Source: the human T2T-CHM13v2.0 reference genome, Homo sapiens
Strand: one strand, 5' to 3'
Length of the DNA stretch: 64,000 nt
Assembly: GCF_009914755.1 (NCBI RefSeq)
Contig: NC_060937.1
How positions within the stretch are numbered: the stretch's first letter is position 1; every line of letters begins with the position of its first letter. The position numbers were made by a program, and so were the translations under genes. Under the pieces are notes generated by a model. It was given only the letters and a program-made list of their open reading frames with translations, searched no databases and was not told the origin of the DNA. Below are positions 1-13,699 of the stretch, piece by piece.

Positions 1-855
1 ACCCACAGGCCCACCACCATGTGAAAGCTGCCAGGGCTTGGGGATTACACCCTCTGAAGCCATGGCCTGAGCTGTACCTTGGCCCCTTTTAGCCACTGCT
101 GGAGCTGAAGCAGCTGGCACGCAGGACAACATGTCCTGAGGTCGCATAGAGCAGGAGATCCCGGGGCCCAGCCCACAAAATCATTTTTCCCTCCTAGGCC
201 TCTGGGTCTGTGATGGGAGGGGCTGCTGTGAAGTTCTCTGGTATGCCCTGGAAGCATTTTCCACATTGTCTTGGTGATAAACATTCAGCTCCTCATTACT
301 TATGCAAATTTCTGAAGCCAGCTTGAATTTCTCCCCAGAAAATGGGGTTTTGTTTTCTATCACATTATAGTCAGGCTGCAAATTTTCCAGACTTTTATAT
401 TCTGCTTCCTCTTGAATGCTTTGACACTTAGAAATTTCTTTCTCCAGATGCCCTAAATCATCTCTCTCAAGTTTAAATTTCTACAGATCTCTAGGGAAGG
501 GGCAAAATGCTGCCAGTCTCTTTGCATAGCAAGAATGACCTTTACTCCAATTCCCAACAGTTTCTTCATCTTCATCTAAAACCACCTCAGCCTGGACTTC
601 ACTGTCCATATCACTATCAGCATTTTGGTCAAAGCCATTCAACAAGTGTCTAGGAAGTTCCAAACTTTTCCACATCTTCCTAACTTCTGAGCCCTCCAAG
701 TCTCTCTAGCAAGGTCCAGACTTTCCCACATTTTCCTGTTTTCTTCTGAGCCCTCCAAACTGTTCCAGTCTCTGCCTGTTACCCAGTTCCAAAGTCGCTT
801 CCACATTTTTGGGTATCTGTATAGCAGCACCCTGCTCTCCACAGTATTAATTTTC
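1..855 (-). mobile_element. THE1/MST (ERVL-MaLR) internal sequence, running off the left edge
   Basis: Recognisable THE1-int text (ttacccagttccaaagtcgcttccacatt; cctcagcctggacttcactgtccatatcactatcagcattttggtcaaagccattcaacaag) directly adjacent to the LTR at 856. Confidence 0.9.
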
Positions 856-1229
856 TGTATTAGTCTGTTCTCATGCTGCTAATAAAGAAATATGTGAGGC
901 TGGCTAATTTATAAAGGAAAGAGGTTTAAGTGACTTACGGTTCTGCTTGGCTGGGGAGACCTCAGGAAACTTAAAATTATGGCAGAAGAGGAAGCAAACA
1001 CATCCTTCTTCATATGGTGGCAGGGAAAAGAAGAATGAGAGCTGAGTGAAGGGGGAAGTCCCTTTTAAAACCATCAGATCTCGTGAGAACTTACTATCAT
1101 GAGAACAGGATCGGGGAAACCACCCCCATGATTCAATTGTCTCCACCTAGTCCCTCCCACAACACATGGGGATTATGGGAACTACAATTCAAGATGAGAT
1201 TTGGGTGGGGATATAGTCAAACCATATCG
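856..1229 (-). mobile_element. THE1-type (THE1C/D-like) MaLR LTR
   Basis: Starts tgtattagtctgttctcatgctgctaataaag and ends gagatttgggtgggg...caaaccatatc, the reverse complement of a THE1 LTR. Confidence 0.9.
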
Positions 1230-1479
1230 GAGTCAGCAAGGGCCAGCTTCACATCTTTCTCCCCAAGAGTACGGTTAGCTTCCTAAATTGCTAATTTTTA
1301 ATTTAAAAATTCAGCACAAATTTCTACTTTGAAATTATGAAATTCTTGTAGAAGTATGTAATAATTATAGGAAAAAGGAAATTATCGCCTCAAATTTCTT
1401 TCTTGACTACTTTCATCTTTTCTTTAAAGCCACTCTGGGGACCATTAGTAGTGTTCCTGTCTTCGCAAGAAGACCCATG

Positions 1480-1700
1480 CCTAGAACAGAGTCTCCCTTC
1501 ACTACTTCCAGGAAGAATTTTTTTAAATACTCATATGCATCCATAGGTACATCATACATATGAATGTTCATTGTAGCATCGTTGGCAATAATGAAAAAAA
1601 ATAATGCTCATCAATAAGAGTGTTTTAAAATAAATTATGGAAGATCCATACCTTGGAACAATATATAGCAACTAAAAATAAGAATGTACGTGTAGAATAA
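1480..1700 (+). mobile_element. Old L1M (L1ME-like) fragment
   Basis: gaatgttcattgtagcatcgttggcaataatgaaaa...aaataaattatgg resembles the end of L1M ORF2 / 3'UTR; highly diverged. Confidence 0.5.
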
Positions 1701-1809
1701 GAATGTTTAAAAATAGCTGCCAACCATCCCTTCCTCTTTAAGGTCTTGGTGCCTGTCTGAGAGGGAGCTCAGGTATACATAGAGTGTTCTAGGAAAAGCT
1801 TTTTTACTC

Positions 1810-2103
1810 TTTTTTTTTTTTTTGAGATGAAGTCTTGCTCTATCACCCAGACTAGAGTACAGTGGCACGATCGTGGCTCACTGCAGCCTCCTTCTCCCAG
1901 GTTCAAGCGATTCTCCTGCCTCAGCCTCCAAGTAGCTGGGATTACAGGTGCCTGCCACCACACCTGACTAACTTTTGTATTTTTAGTAGAGATGGGGTTT
2001 CACCATATAGTCCAGGCTGGTCTCGAACTCCTGACCTCAGGTGGTCTGCCGGCCTCAGCCTCCCGAGGTGCTGGGATCACAGGCATGAGCCACCGCGCCC
2101 AGC
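1810..2103 (-). mobile_element. AluS (Sx-like), full length
   Basis: Poly-T followed by both Alu arms, ending gagccaccgcgcccagc; flanked by a gcttttt(t)actcttt TSD. Confidence 0.95.
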
Positions 2104-2144
2104 TGCTTTTTTACTCTTTATACCCCAAACAGCTAATAACAATA

Positions 2145-2745
2145 CAGTATGTCCTCACTTAACATCGTGGATAAGTTTTTGGAAAGTGTGACTGTAAACA
2201 AAATGAAGTATAAAACTAAACCAATTTTACCATAGGCTAATTGATATAAACGAGAGTTAAGTTTCCATGACGTATTTCTGGTCACAAAAACATCAATGAA
2301 ATTTTAAAGACCAACACACTTCCAACATCAAACATTGAAGTAAATGTGAGTCATACATACATTTAAGAAAGATGAATAAAAACAAGTAAGGTAATTATTT
2401 ACCCAACTTTTCTAGTTCAGGGTCTGGGGTGGCCGGAGCCTATGCCAGCAGGTCAGGGCACCAGGAAGGACCGGACCTGAATAGGGCCCCATCCCATCGC
2501 ACGGCACACTCTCACAAACACCCAAATTCGCTCATGCAGGGACAGTGTAGACATGCCAATTCACTTGACATGCACATCTTTCAGATGTGGAAGGAAACTA
2601 GAGCACCCAGAGAAAACCCATAAAGACATGGGGAGAAAATGCAAACTCCACACAGAGAGTGGCCTCAGCCCAGAATCATTTTTTTTCTTATCAACGTTAT
2701 AAGGAAACAACATTGAGCAAAAAGATGTTATTTGAGGACCTGCTG
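2145..2745 (-). mobile_element. MER82 (TcMar-Tigger non-autonomous DNA transposon)
   Basis: Tigger-type termini TA|cagtatgtcctcac ... gaggacctgctg; internal accataggctaattgatataaac and gcaaactccacacaga match MER82. Confidence 0.85.
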
Positions 2746-3539
2746 CACTCTTCAACCCTGATCATTAATGGGAACTAGAAAAAGCAGAGTGAAAATGCAC
2801 CTGACAACATAAAAAGTAAATGACCTGCATGGATTGCAGGAGGCCAACACAGTAAAATCATGCTAGTAAAACATTTAAAGTTATTTTTGCTACTACATCT
2901 GACTCCATCCAGGCATCCAAATTTCCATGCTCTCTCTCCTTTTTTTTCTGCTTTCAGCACAAAGGCTGATCTAAAATCAATCCTTTACAGCTTAGCGGGG
3001 ATATGTCTCAGAGCCAAGGTGGACCTAGCTGAATTGCCCAGTGGCCTGTTCCCAGAAATGTATGCAGATAAAGTATTTCATATACTTGTACAGTGTAATT
3101 GTTTTCTATTATTTCCACTGTTTTAAAATATTTTCATTATAAGTGAATAGTTTTCTGCTATACAAGGCCAAATGCATTTTTGTGGAGTAGCATGAAAGAT
3201 AACAATTTTTAAAATAGTGTTCAATGAGGGGATGTGATCTAAATTTCAAAACCATTGACATCCATACTTTTAGAAAGCAACCTGTTTGAGACTTCAAATT
3301 ATATGAATGCTAAATCAGAAATTAAAGGCATTTAAACACCACAAATTACTCTTGATGACATGTATTTGCTCTGGAGCAGGGGTCTGAGTATCATTGCGGA
3401 AAGTCAGAGAAACCACTGAGGTTATAAGCAAGAGTGACGAAAGAAATGTGACACAGAAAATCAATTTGTTAGTGATGTGGAGAATGGACCAGAAAGGACA
3501 GAGGTGCAGGCAAGGGAATTAGAAAGCTCCTGCTATGTA

Positions 3540-3685
3540 TATGTCACTAAACAGTGTATTTCACACATCTAATCTCACTCATTGCAACAGATATTTTCAT
3601 ATTCATTTTACAAATGAGAGAACTGAGGCTCAAGGAAACAAAATAGCTTGCCCAGGATCACATTGCTATTAAATATCAGTGCCAA
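3540..3685 (-). mobile_element. MIR
   Basis: Core motif cattttacaaatgagagaactgaggctca...gcttgcccaggatcaca. Confidence 0.75.
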
Positions 3686-3774
3686 TTTAGGGGAAGAGAT
3701 TGTACAAAATTGACTTACAATATCCTAGACTACAAGAGACCTTAGATCAATTACTATGATAATCCTGTCTTCAG

Positions 3775-3892
3775 ACCAGTGCTTTCAACTTGGCTAATCA
3801 TTGGAATCACCTGAAGAGCTGTTCAGACTACCCAGTTCACCGTCCCACACCAAAATTATTCTGATGATCAGCACAGTTAGGAAACTTCTGCT
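3775..3892. mobile_element. MER5-like hAT-Charlie fragment
   Basis: cagtgctttcaacttggct...ttggaatcacctgaagagct...attctgatg...ggaaacttctg. Confidence 0.55.
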
Positions 3893-4019
3893 GCAATATA
3901 GGTGATTGTCTAGTCAGTCTACTGAAAAAGAAGCTAAGTCCAAGAGATTATTAATTCAGCATTAGATTTACTGAATTTGAGATAATGGCAGGGCATTCAG
4001 TAGGCCCAAGGAATAATTT

Positions 4020-4540
4020 AGCTAGAGAGATGAGACCAGATCTGGAAAGAAATATCAGAACTAAAGGAATAAATTTTGAAATTGTCTGCATGGAGATGAT
4101 AGTTGGAGTCATGCAAGGTCTTCCAGGAAGAAAAGAAATACAGGGGTTAAAGGCAAAATTTTAATGAATATCCATGGAGGTAGAATGGGAAGAGGTCAAG
4201 GAACAAGTAGACATGACTGAGTAGTATTTAGACAGAAGCTCTACCAGAAAAATGCAGTGCCACAGAGGCCAGATGAATGAATTCCAATTCTACAACTATC
4301 AAAGATGTACTAAAACAACAACAACAACAACAAACAAACAACAAAAAACCATGGATTTGATCATGGGAAAATTACTGGTGAATTCTGAGTATTATCTGGG
4401 GTAGAAGGCAGATGATGGGATTGACTTAGCCAATGAGAAAAGGAAGGCAGCACGTGTAGGGCTCCAAGAAGTTTAATACTGAAAGAAAGGGAAGAAAAAA
4501 ATGGTAGCACCTGGATCAGCAAGGTCAACGGAGAATGTTT
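4020..4540 (-). mobile_element. L2 fragment
   Basis: Purine-rich L2 antisense text (aaattttgaaattgtctgcatggagatgatagttggagtcatg; atggatttgatcatgggaaaattactggtgaa). Confidence 0.55.
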
Positions 4541-5150
4541 TAATTGCTACTGTCATTGGGCTATTTGGCTAACTCTAGGTGGGAAAGCAGTTTAATAACT
4601 TACTTTAACTATGAAAAAATTTACCTCAAACCCAGAAATATCCATTAAACTGAAGATTTGTGGACTGTTTTTATCCGTGTGAGTCAGGGAAGTGCACTGC
4701 ATTTGCAGGAAAAAGTCCAGGTATGTATGCCAGGTATAAAAGATCGGTTTCACCTGTGCAGTCTATCCAGCACAGCTGATTAGGGCTCTCTACCTTCTGG
4801 ATGCTGCCGCTGGCACAGAGGCTGTCTTGGAACAGAAGAGCTTGAGCTCTTTATGCTGTAATAGCTAAGCCAGCACTTTTACCCCATGCTGGCCTTGAGG
4901 CCAGCTTGTCCAAGGCACTGAGGACACATGTGCAGTATCATATGTCCCTCTCTTCTTTAAATTAGGTCAGCCAAAATTCAAGTTTACTTTTGTTTTGATG
5001 ATGGGGGGTGGGATGATTGGCCAGGGCAGGGCTTTAGACCTCTGGATCATGTGCTGCAATCCAGCCTACCAGAATGTTTCCTGATGAGGTCTGGGTGCCA
5101 AGTCAACTTAGCAATACAGTGCCACTGTTTTTCCTTTCCATTACTCCTTA

Positions 5151-5660
<510 letters not shown>

Positions 5661-6022
5661 AAAATAACTTAAGAGACCGTATACCAGCGCCAACCACCAT
5701 CTCAATATTAGCTAATGGCCTCCATTTCCATTTCACAGAAAAAAAAAGAAGGTGCCACATGGGAAGTCCATAACTTTCCACTGCCTGCATCCCACTCACC
5801 CTCTTCCCCTGCTTCCCTTCTCTTATAATTCAGAAAGATCCTTTCTTCCATATTAGGTCAATCCTTGTACCTTGTATGTGCACTTTGAATTCCATCCTTA
5901 CTGCCTTTCTAAGAATCTTTCTTTTTCTTCTAACAAATTGTTGATTACCCACTCTCTTTCTTATATCTTCATCTTCTCCCTCTCAACCGGATTCTTTTCA
6001 TCCTTAAGAATGCCCAAGGCTT

Positions 6023-6361
<339 letters not shown>

Positions 6362-7208
6362 TTAACCCCTACCCCAGGTCTGAGCTCGATTTCTGAGTAA
6401 AGAGGTTCAGGCTTATTGTCCATATGTTGCCATCAGCCTCTTTAATTCTAAGCTTCTCCAACTCACTCCCAGTCCATCACCCTACTGAAGTGGTTCTTAG
6501 TTCTATTGCGGCCACTCCACCTTGAGCACATTCAATTGGCATTTTCAGCTTTCGCCCCACTTGAATTCTTAGGAATCACTCCTAACAATGGTCACTTCCT
6601 CAGTCTAGAAATTTAGAAACTCTACCCAGCTCAAGTACAGGACCCACATTCTCCTGTGTTATTTTGTTCGGTTTATTCCTTCTTAATCTTCTTTCCTGAC
6701 CTATCCTGTTCTACTTGGCTGTTAATATTTAGCTATTGGTAGCATCATTTCCCAACCCTTTTCTCAGTCTATGCTCTCTCCCATGACTAGCTTCCATGCC
6801 CATCTGTAAATTAATAACCTCCGGTATCTATACTCACTCCAGTCCTCTCTTCTGATCTCTAGTTCTACAAACTGAACTTTCTATTTTAAAATCCCTATTA
6901 GTATAAACATTTTTCAAGCTGTTCATGCTCCAAAATGAACTCAAGATCTTCTCTCACCTTAAACCTGATTTTCTTATATTGTTCCTTCTTTGAGTTAATG
7001 TAACTTGTACAATCCAGAAATGTATAAGTAATCCTTATACTTCCATATCCAGTTCATTTATAAGCCATAAGATTTTACCTCCTGAATATCTCTGATGTTT
7101 TTCCATTTCTTTTTGTCCTTGCAGTCACCATTCCACTCCAAACTACTATCATCTTTCCCTCACACTGCTGTAATCAATCCCTAATTGGTCTCTCTACATC
7201 TACTCTTG

Positions 7209-7470
7209 CAGGCATGCAGTGGGCAGTGGGATGATCTTGGCTCACTGCAACCTTCACCTTCCAGGTTCAAGCGACTCTTGTGCCTCAGCCACCTGAGTAG
7301 CTGGGATTACAGGTATGTGCCACCATGTCCTGCTAATTTTTGTAATTTTAGTAGAGATAGGGTTTTGCCATGGTGGCCTGGCTTGTCTCAAAACTCCTGA
7401 CCTCAGGTGACCTGCCCCCCTCAGCCTCCTAAAGTGCTGGGATTATAGGTGTGACCCACCGCACCTGGCC
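7209..7470 (-). mobile_element. AluS lacking its 3' end and poly-A tail
   Basis: Alu antisense from caggc...gcagtgg to ccaccgcacctggcc; no poly-T on the left. Confidence 0.9.
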
Positions 7471-7677
7471 TCCAATTGGTTTTCTACAGTACAACCAGTA
7501 TTATATTTCAAATCTGATCTTGTCACCCTCTCACTTTAAGCTTTTTAGCGCTTCTCATGGGTCTTAGGATCTTACAAGGCCCTGCATGATCCAGCCCGTT
7601 TGTCTCTCCAACCTGGCCCTCATCTCACACATTCTCTCACTTTGTTTTTGCTTGCATTCTTTCCTCTTCCTGGAATC

Positions 7678-7712
7678 AATCTATCTATCTATCTATCATC
7701 TATCTATCTATC
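7678..7712. repeat. (TCTA)n microsatellite, interrupted
   Basis: atctatctatctatctatcatctatctatctatct. Confidence 0.85.
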
Positions 7713-8119
7713 TCTTCCATATTTCTTACACACACGCACAACTTTCCTTAGTTGAATCAAACACACTTTTCCTAAATACTCACATAAACAAGCCTTCATA
7801 ACCTGCCCCTCCTTCACCTCTAACCCCCTCCCCATTATATCTCCTCATAGCACAATGTGCCTTTCCTTTACCATTTTATCACAGTGTCTAATTATGCATT
7901 TATTTAAGCTTATATAACTGTTTTACTCCATGACTATCCTGGAAGCCCCCTGAAGTCATATTCTTAATACTAAACAAGGCTTGGCCCAGGAAACCACAAA
8001 TATTTTATTGAATTTGACCTATTAAGTTTGACCAAGAGGCCATAGACAAGATTAGGTTTAAAGTTCAAAATATCAAAGTTCAGGATCATGCTTGGGTCAA
8101 GCTGGAGAAGAGGTGGTCT

Positions 8120-8275
8120 TGGGATTCTAGGCCTCATATTTAATGCTCTGTGGATGTGCAGGTGAGTCATGCTGCCTCAAAGAAAGGGAGCAAGGCAGAT
8201 GCTCTCACCGTCTCAAAGGATTGTAAATTAAATAACACTATGCATGCAAAAGTGTTTTATAAGCTAGAAAAGCTG
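8120..8275 (+). mobile_element. MIR (diverged)
   Basis: gggattctaggcctc...gctctgtg...tctcaaaggattgtaaattaaataa...atgcaaaagtgttttataagct. Confidence 0.5.
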
Positions 8276-8304
8276 TTGTTCATAAATTTGATTTAAGCCC
8301 ATAT

Positions 8305-8425
8305 AATGTGAGATAAGATTGATGAAGGCAGGGAAAGTCTTTTATCCACAGCTATAACCCCAGTGCTGAGAACAGTAGCAGAACATAGTAGAAGCTCACT
8401 ACTTGCTTATCAATGAATAAATGGA
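8305..8425 (+). mobile_element. L2 3' end
   Basis: gatgaaggcaggga...ccccagtgctgagaacagtagcagaacatagtagaagctca...atgaataaatgga. Confidence 0.7.
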
Positions 8426-8669
8426 TATCCCTCTTATTAAAATAAGCTAACAGAAGAATTTCTTAACCACATTTGTTGAATGATTAAATCCTATTCTTTG
8501 AAGTGTCAGGCTGTCCTTAGAGAGATTTAATTCAAAGGTTCTGGAAAATAAGATAGAATTTCATATATGAAATGGTTTTTAAAAATCGAGGTGGTAGAAC
8601 ACCTAAGATAATCCCTTTAGGATAATTTCAAGTTATATTTCCTTAGTTAATGGCTATTAATCCTTAAAA

Positions 8670-8727
8670 ATCAATGCAAGCACCATCTCCACTGAAAAGC
8701 CTGTCTTCACTCCCAGTCTAAGTATTC

Positions 8728-8768
<41 letters not shown>

Positions 8769-8960
8769 CTGAACTTCTGTGGCTCTATGGGAATATTTCT
8801 TTCATAGCACTCTTCTCACTGTTTTGAAATACACTGAGATCCTTTCCACAGTCTCTAAGTTCCGTTAGGATAGCAACATTGTCTTATTCTTCTAATGATT
8901 GCTAATTCCTAACATAGTATTTGGCACTTAGTAGATGCTAAATAAGTTTTCGTCGAAATG
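8670..8960 (+). mobile_element. L2 3' end containing an (AC)n repeat
   Basis: caccatctccactgaaaagcctgtcttcactccc...cctaacatagtatttggcacttagtagatgctaaataagt. Confidence 0.65.
8729..8766. repeat. (AC)19 microsatellite
   Basis: Perfect dinucleotide run. Confidence 0.95.
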
Positions 8961-11900
8961 ACCTGAATCTTTGAAGACTTTCAGAGATAGTATCAATTTT
9001 ATAACCTGATTTACTCATGCATTAGCTTTCAGCTGGTTTTTCAGCTAATCCCTGTTCATACCTGGAAGGAATGATAACATATCATTTCATAATAACTTTC
9101 TGGACCACTTTCAAGGTACCAGATTAATTTTAAAAGAATTCTGATCAATACTAGTTTAAATTAGGTATCAGAAAATCCAATGCATACATAAGTGTTTGCT
9201 GTATTTATATAAAGCTAAACTCAACAGTTTCTTCCATTTCCTTTCTTTCATTTAGCATGACATTTTAGCTGATATTCCTGAACTGCTGGATAGAGCAAAT
9301 ACATTTCTATTACAGCCAGTATTTTCCCATGGGATTCTGCCAACAGGTGCTCCAGCTTCTTAATTATCTGTACACTTTCCCTTTACTTTTTAATTACTAA
9401 AACAAGAGAATTTACTGCAATTGCTGAAAAGGCCAGATCTATTTAAATAAATAAGGCTATTCTGGATTACATACAGAATTAAATTAGGGGACCAACTGTT
9501 CCCCAACATTATATGATATATGGTCAACAGACAGCATCCTGGTGTTTTCTTTCCTGTACCTTCACTCAGCTTTGAAATTTTGGGGAAAAAGATATTTCAG
9601 GGCAATATCTTTATATTCACAACTCTCAATATTCCAAACACAGAAGGAAAACCTCACTCTTAAGAAAACCTAGCTTAATTTTCCCCCTTCCAAAATTACA
9701 TACCAGCATAAGTCCATATATTCCAGATAACTTTCTTTGGTAAACATATAACTGTGTTATCCATCTGTGCAACCTCCATATATCTTTAAAACACCGCAAT
9801 CCACAGAAAACTGTCTTTAAAAACAAACAATGTGAAAAGTATACAAATGTTTGATTTATTTTTCTGAAGAGAGACCTTCCCAGGAAAAAAGTTTACTGCA
9901 ATATATTCAAGGTATGTGGTTTGTCTTGGGTGAAGAGTGGTGAGGGTGAACAGGGAGTCATTTTTCTGCAGTCTTCACTGTTATAGTTCTAGTCATATTT
10001 CCAAAAATGTTTATGATTTTCGAAGTTTTTTAAAAAAAGTTAGATTTGCCATGTACAAATCCTGAACTCCTCTGATGTTGCTTCATTCTTCTTTTTCCAG
10101 TAATTTTATATGTTGCTTTACATACACATGTGCAGAAGGAACACGTAAAATGCAGGTAAAAAATCTGCATTATTTCGACATATGGTTCTGGCAAAACTTT
10201 TTAAAAGCTTACTTTATTTGTCTGACTGATTTCAACTGTATTCATCACCTCCTGTTATTTTCCCTTCCCCCAAATCTCTTGCCTCAACAGAATTAACATT
10301 CTTATATGTTCTGTTTCCAAAGAACAAACTAAAGAAGCATCCCAACCATTATTGCTCTGCAGCGGCCCCTGCTGGTAAAAGACACTATACAATTTGTCCT
10401 TTGTCAGCTCTGCTTGTCAAGCCTGAATTTCCAAGGAACCATGCCACAGTCTAGCCACAATCAACCTGCAGCTTCAGCAGGTCCTAGAATGGGGCTGCTT
10501 AACCATCTGCAGGGCAGCAACTATTGCTTGTTTTCAGTGTGGAAAGAGAATGCCAGAGGAATACATATTTTGTATGAGTCTTTATTTTCCTTGTTTCTAG
10601 AACACATAAGAAAAAAAGGGATTTGAAACTGACTAAAATGATAAAAGGAAATCAATGCAGCAAAACATAGACCACCTGAAAATCTTCAGTTGAAGTACAA
10701 GTTGTGGCATGATGTCAAAGAGGCATTCTTTTCACGGAGAAGGCATATTAAATTATGCTAGTGCTGACTGCGCCTCCAAGGACTGTTGATAGATGCTTAC
10801 AACAAGAAAATCTTCCTTTCTGGTTGACCTTAAAAGCTGTCTTACCCCAGGCCTTAAACGTTTCAATGTGAACATAAAACATTTTTTTCATTGATCTTAT
10901 AAAAAAAATTTTCAACTTGTTCTCCTTAGTTGTTGCTTATCATCTGCCTATGCATATGGAAAGATATATATGTATATATATAGAGATGTACAGATATATT
11001 AATTCTCAGCTAAAGAATAAATACATTTATCATTCAGAATGACAGAACCAGAGTGGAAAATACCCAGGTGATTGCAATTTGTTTTGCCATGCACCCATGA
11101 AAACTCGCCGTAGTGAAAAGAAAATAGAGCAGTCAGGTTATCATAATAGAATGTATCTATTTTTCTCACGTTTATCATTGTATTTAAGCCAATCTTCTCA
11201 AACGCAGCAAAATGTGTACATTTTTAATAAGGATACTATTCCCCCAGGATTGAGCTGAATGGGGGGAAAAAGGCTGCAGAACTAATCTGCATGAACCTGA
11301 GTTGCGTAATAGGGGAAAACAAGACTTTGGGAGAAATAAAAGAGACAAGAACAATGGGAGACAGGAAACAGGACACAGAAGACAATTTGATTTGAAGATT
11401 TGGAGTATGTGCCTATTTTGGTTTCAGGAAATGTGTCTTTAAAAGGAAGGGAGAATATGCCTAAAACAATGGAAGATCCATTATTTTTTGTATACAATCT
11501 CAACAGAAATAACATGCCTTCAAAAGAGTAGCCTCAGGGTAACTTCTAATTCCTGTTTGATGAATATTATAATTTTATTTAATAGCAAATGGTACCACTA
11601 GATATGTCAGCTACCAAACGACTATTAACCAAGCCAGGTATTCCAGGTAGATTAGGCTGTGATTTTTGCAGGCTTCTCACTTAGCAACATCACGCAATGG
11701 GCAAGCCAAGGTACCAGAGGCCACCAAAGCATGGCTAGAGTAGTGCCTATTTTAATGAAACAGAATCATCCAAGTACTTTTGTTTTCCTATTCGAAAACC
11801 AAATTTGGCCTCAAAGAGCCATCTGATATAACAAAGCAGCACAACCCAGGCTGATAGAATGATAGCCTCTTCGGCAAAGCTGCTAAATAGTTGTACCTTT

Positions 11901-13699
11901 CAAAGCAAATGAAGACAAAGAAACCCAAACCAGACACTGTATGTTCCCTCAGCAGAAAAGATAAACTTTCACGTTGTGACAAGGAATTCTGACATATGGC
12001 AAACCTTGACAAAGCATCAGGGTACAGATGAGAAACTGTTAAGTCATCTGACCTTTGTCTGTACTCTGTTTGGCAGACACTCACAAAAATACTACCCAAG
12101 AAATATCACTTCCATAAAGCAATGCAAAAAAGTCACTAATGTATTATCAGATCTGGCAAGAAGAATGCTCTAGAATTTATTCACTGTTAATGAATTAACA
12201 ATAGTAGGAGTATATTTATATGCTTTTGTGCAAAAAAAAAAAAAAAAAGACAGTAAGGTTTCATTATGCCAATGGGTATATGCTCCTTTGACAACCTTTG
12301 TGGCAGCGATTATAAAAGCAGAATCTTGGGGGGAAATGTCATGAGGGCTCAGCTTATTAAATTTTGTAAATCATAAGGCTTGTCCGTGAATGCGGAGCAC
12401 TGCAGCTGATTTAGTCGTTGGCCTAGAAACTCCGCTGTTAGGACCATTAAACAGGTCCAGAGTTTAAGTTGCACTGTAAATTACACTCAAAAGAAACAGG
12501 CAGAGACTTTCGCCTTCATGTTTTCTGTCTGTGAACACTGTCACCGCAGCAGCCCTGTGAGATGGTGTCAGAATTTTACAATGATGCATCAAACTAGTGC
12601 ACCTCGATTGAGCCCGCCTGAGACTATTGCAGAGTTCTGTTGTGAATTTAAATATAAAAAATAGAGAACCAAATTAAATTAGGCTTTTTCTATTTGAAAA
12701 ATCTTCACAGCTGGAAGAGATACAACCAATATTCTTTTTAGGTTATGCCAGCTTTTACAGTCACTTTCAACAAATAGCTATCATTAAAAATAGCAAGGAC
12801 GATGCAGTTGATCGTTTAAAAATAAAGGGTTGTCATTTTGATTTTTTTCTTAAAAGAAATAATGAATTGCCTATAGCTACCATGACTGAAACACCCCTTT
12901 AGAGGCTACAAATAAATGAAGCCATAAGGAAAGCAAAGTCATATGTCAAAGAAATCTGATCCAATTAATCATTCTTTGTAGCAGTTCTGTCATGAAACTT
13001 TCTAATGTTTTGTTTCTATTGAGATGTAAACTTCTAGCTGGTAATTTGGAGCCTACTCAGTTATTTAATGTTCTGTTAATTTTTTAAAATGAAGTTGTTT
13101 CATACAAGACTAAGTTTTGAAAGTTTCTAGTGGCCAAGTTACAAATAGTCAATTATTTCATAAGAACTGGGAAAGGAATTATTTTCTAAAATATACCAAC
13201 TAAAGGAAAATAGTTTGAGGTATGAAATATAACATTATTGTGCTTATATTTTGAAAAAAGTGTGGCATTCTATAAGTGTTGCATAGTTGTAATATTTAAC
13301 TGGCTGAAAATAAATATCAAAATGACCCCTATTATGTAATCTGAGGATATGTGTTTACATTTTCACAAAAAGAAAACGTTTCTATTCAAAATCACTTCTA
13401 AAATGACGCCTTAAATATAGTAAACATTCAATAAATGTTGGTTGATGATAAGTCCAATTCTGCCCATTCTATAGAGTTTTGTAAGCATAAAATCTTCATT
13501 TTGTTCTCCATGGTAAATTCACCTAAGCCAATTGCCACTGGTAATTTATTAATATATCTACAAAGCCCTCTTCAAGGCAAAAGAAAATTAATGTCAATCA
13601 TTGATTGAGTGCTTCCCACTGTTCCCCAAGATCCTGTATACCCAGTACTTTATGACATAACGAAACAGAATGCAGCTTGCTGAAATTGATTACAAACTT

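Noticed and set aside
648-765. About 55-bp tandem duplication (ttccaaactt...tctgagccctccaa twice) in THE1-int
   Set aside because: I recall this duplication as a feature of some THE1-int copies, so it is probably inherited from the element. Not verified.
45-1286. Cluster of short ORFs at the left end
   Set aside because: All lie in THE1 internal/LTR sequence; they are decayed MaLR fragments, not a gene.
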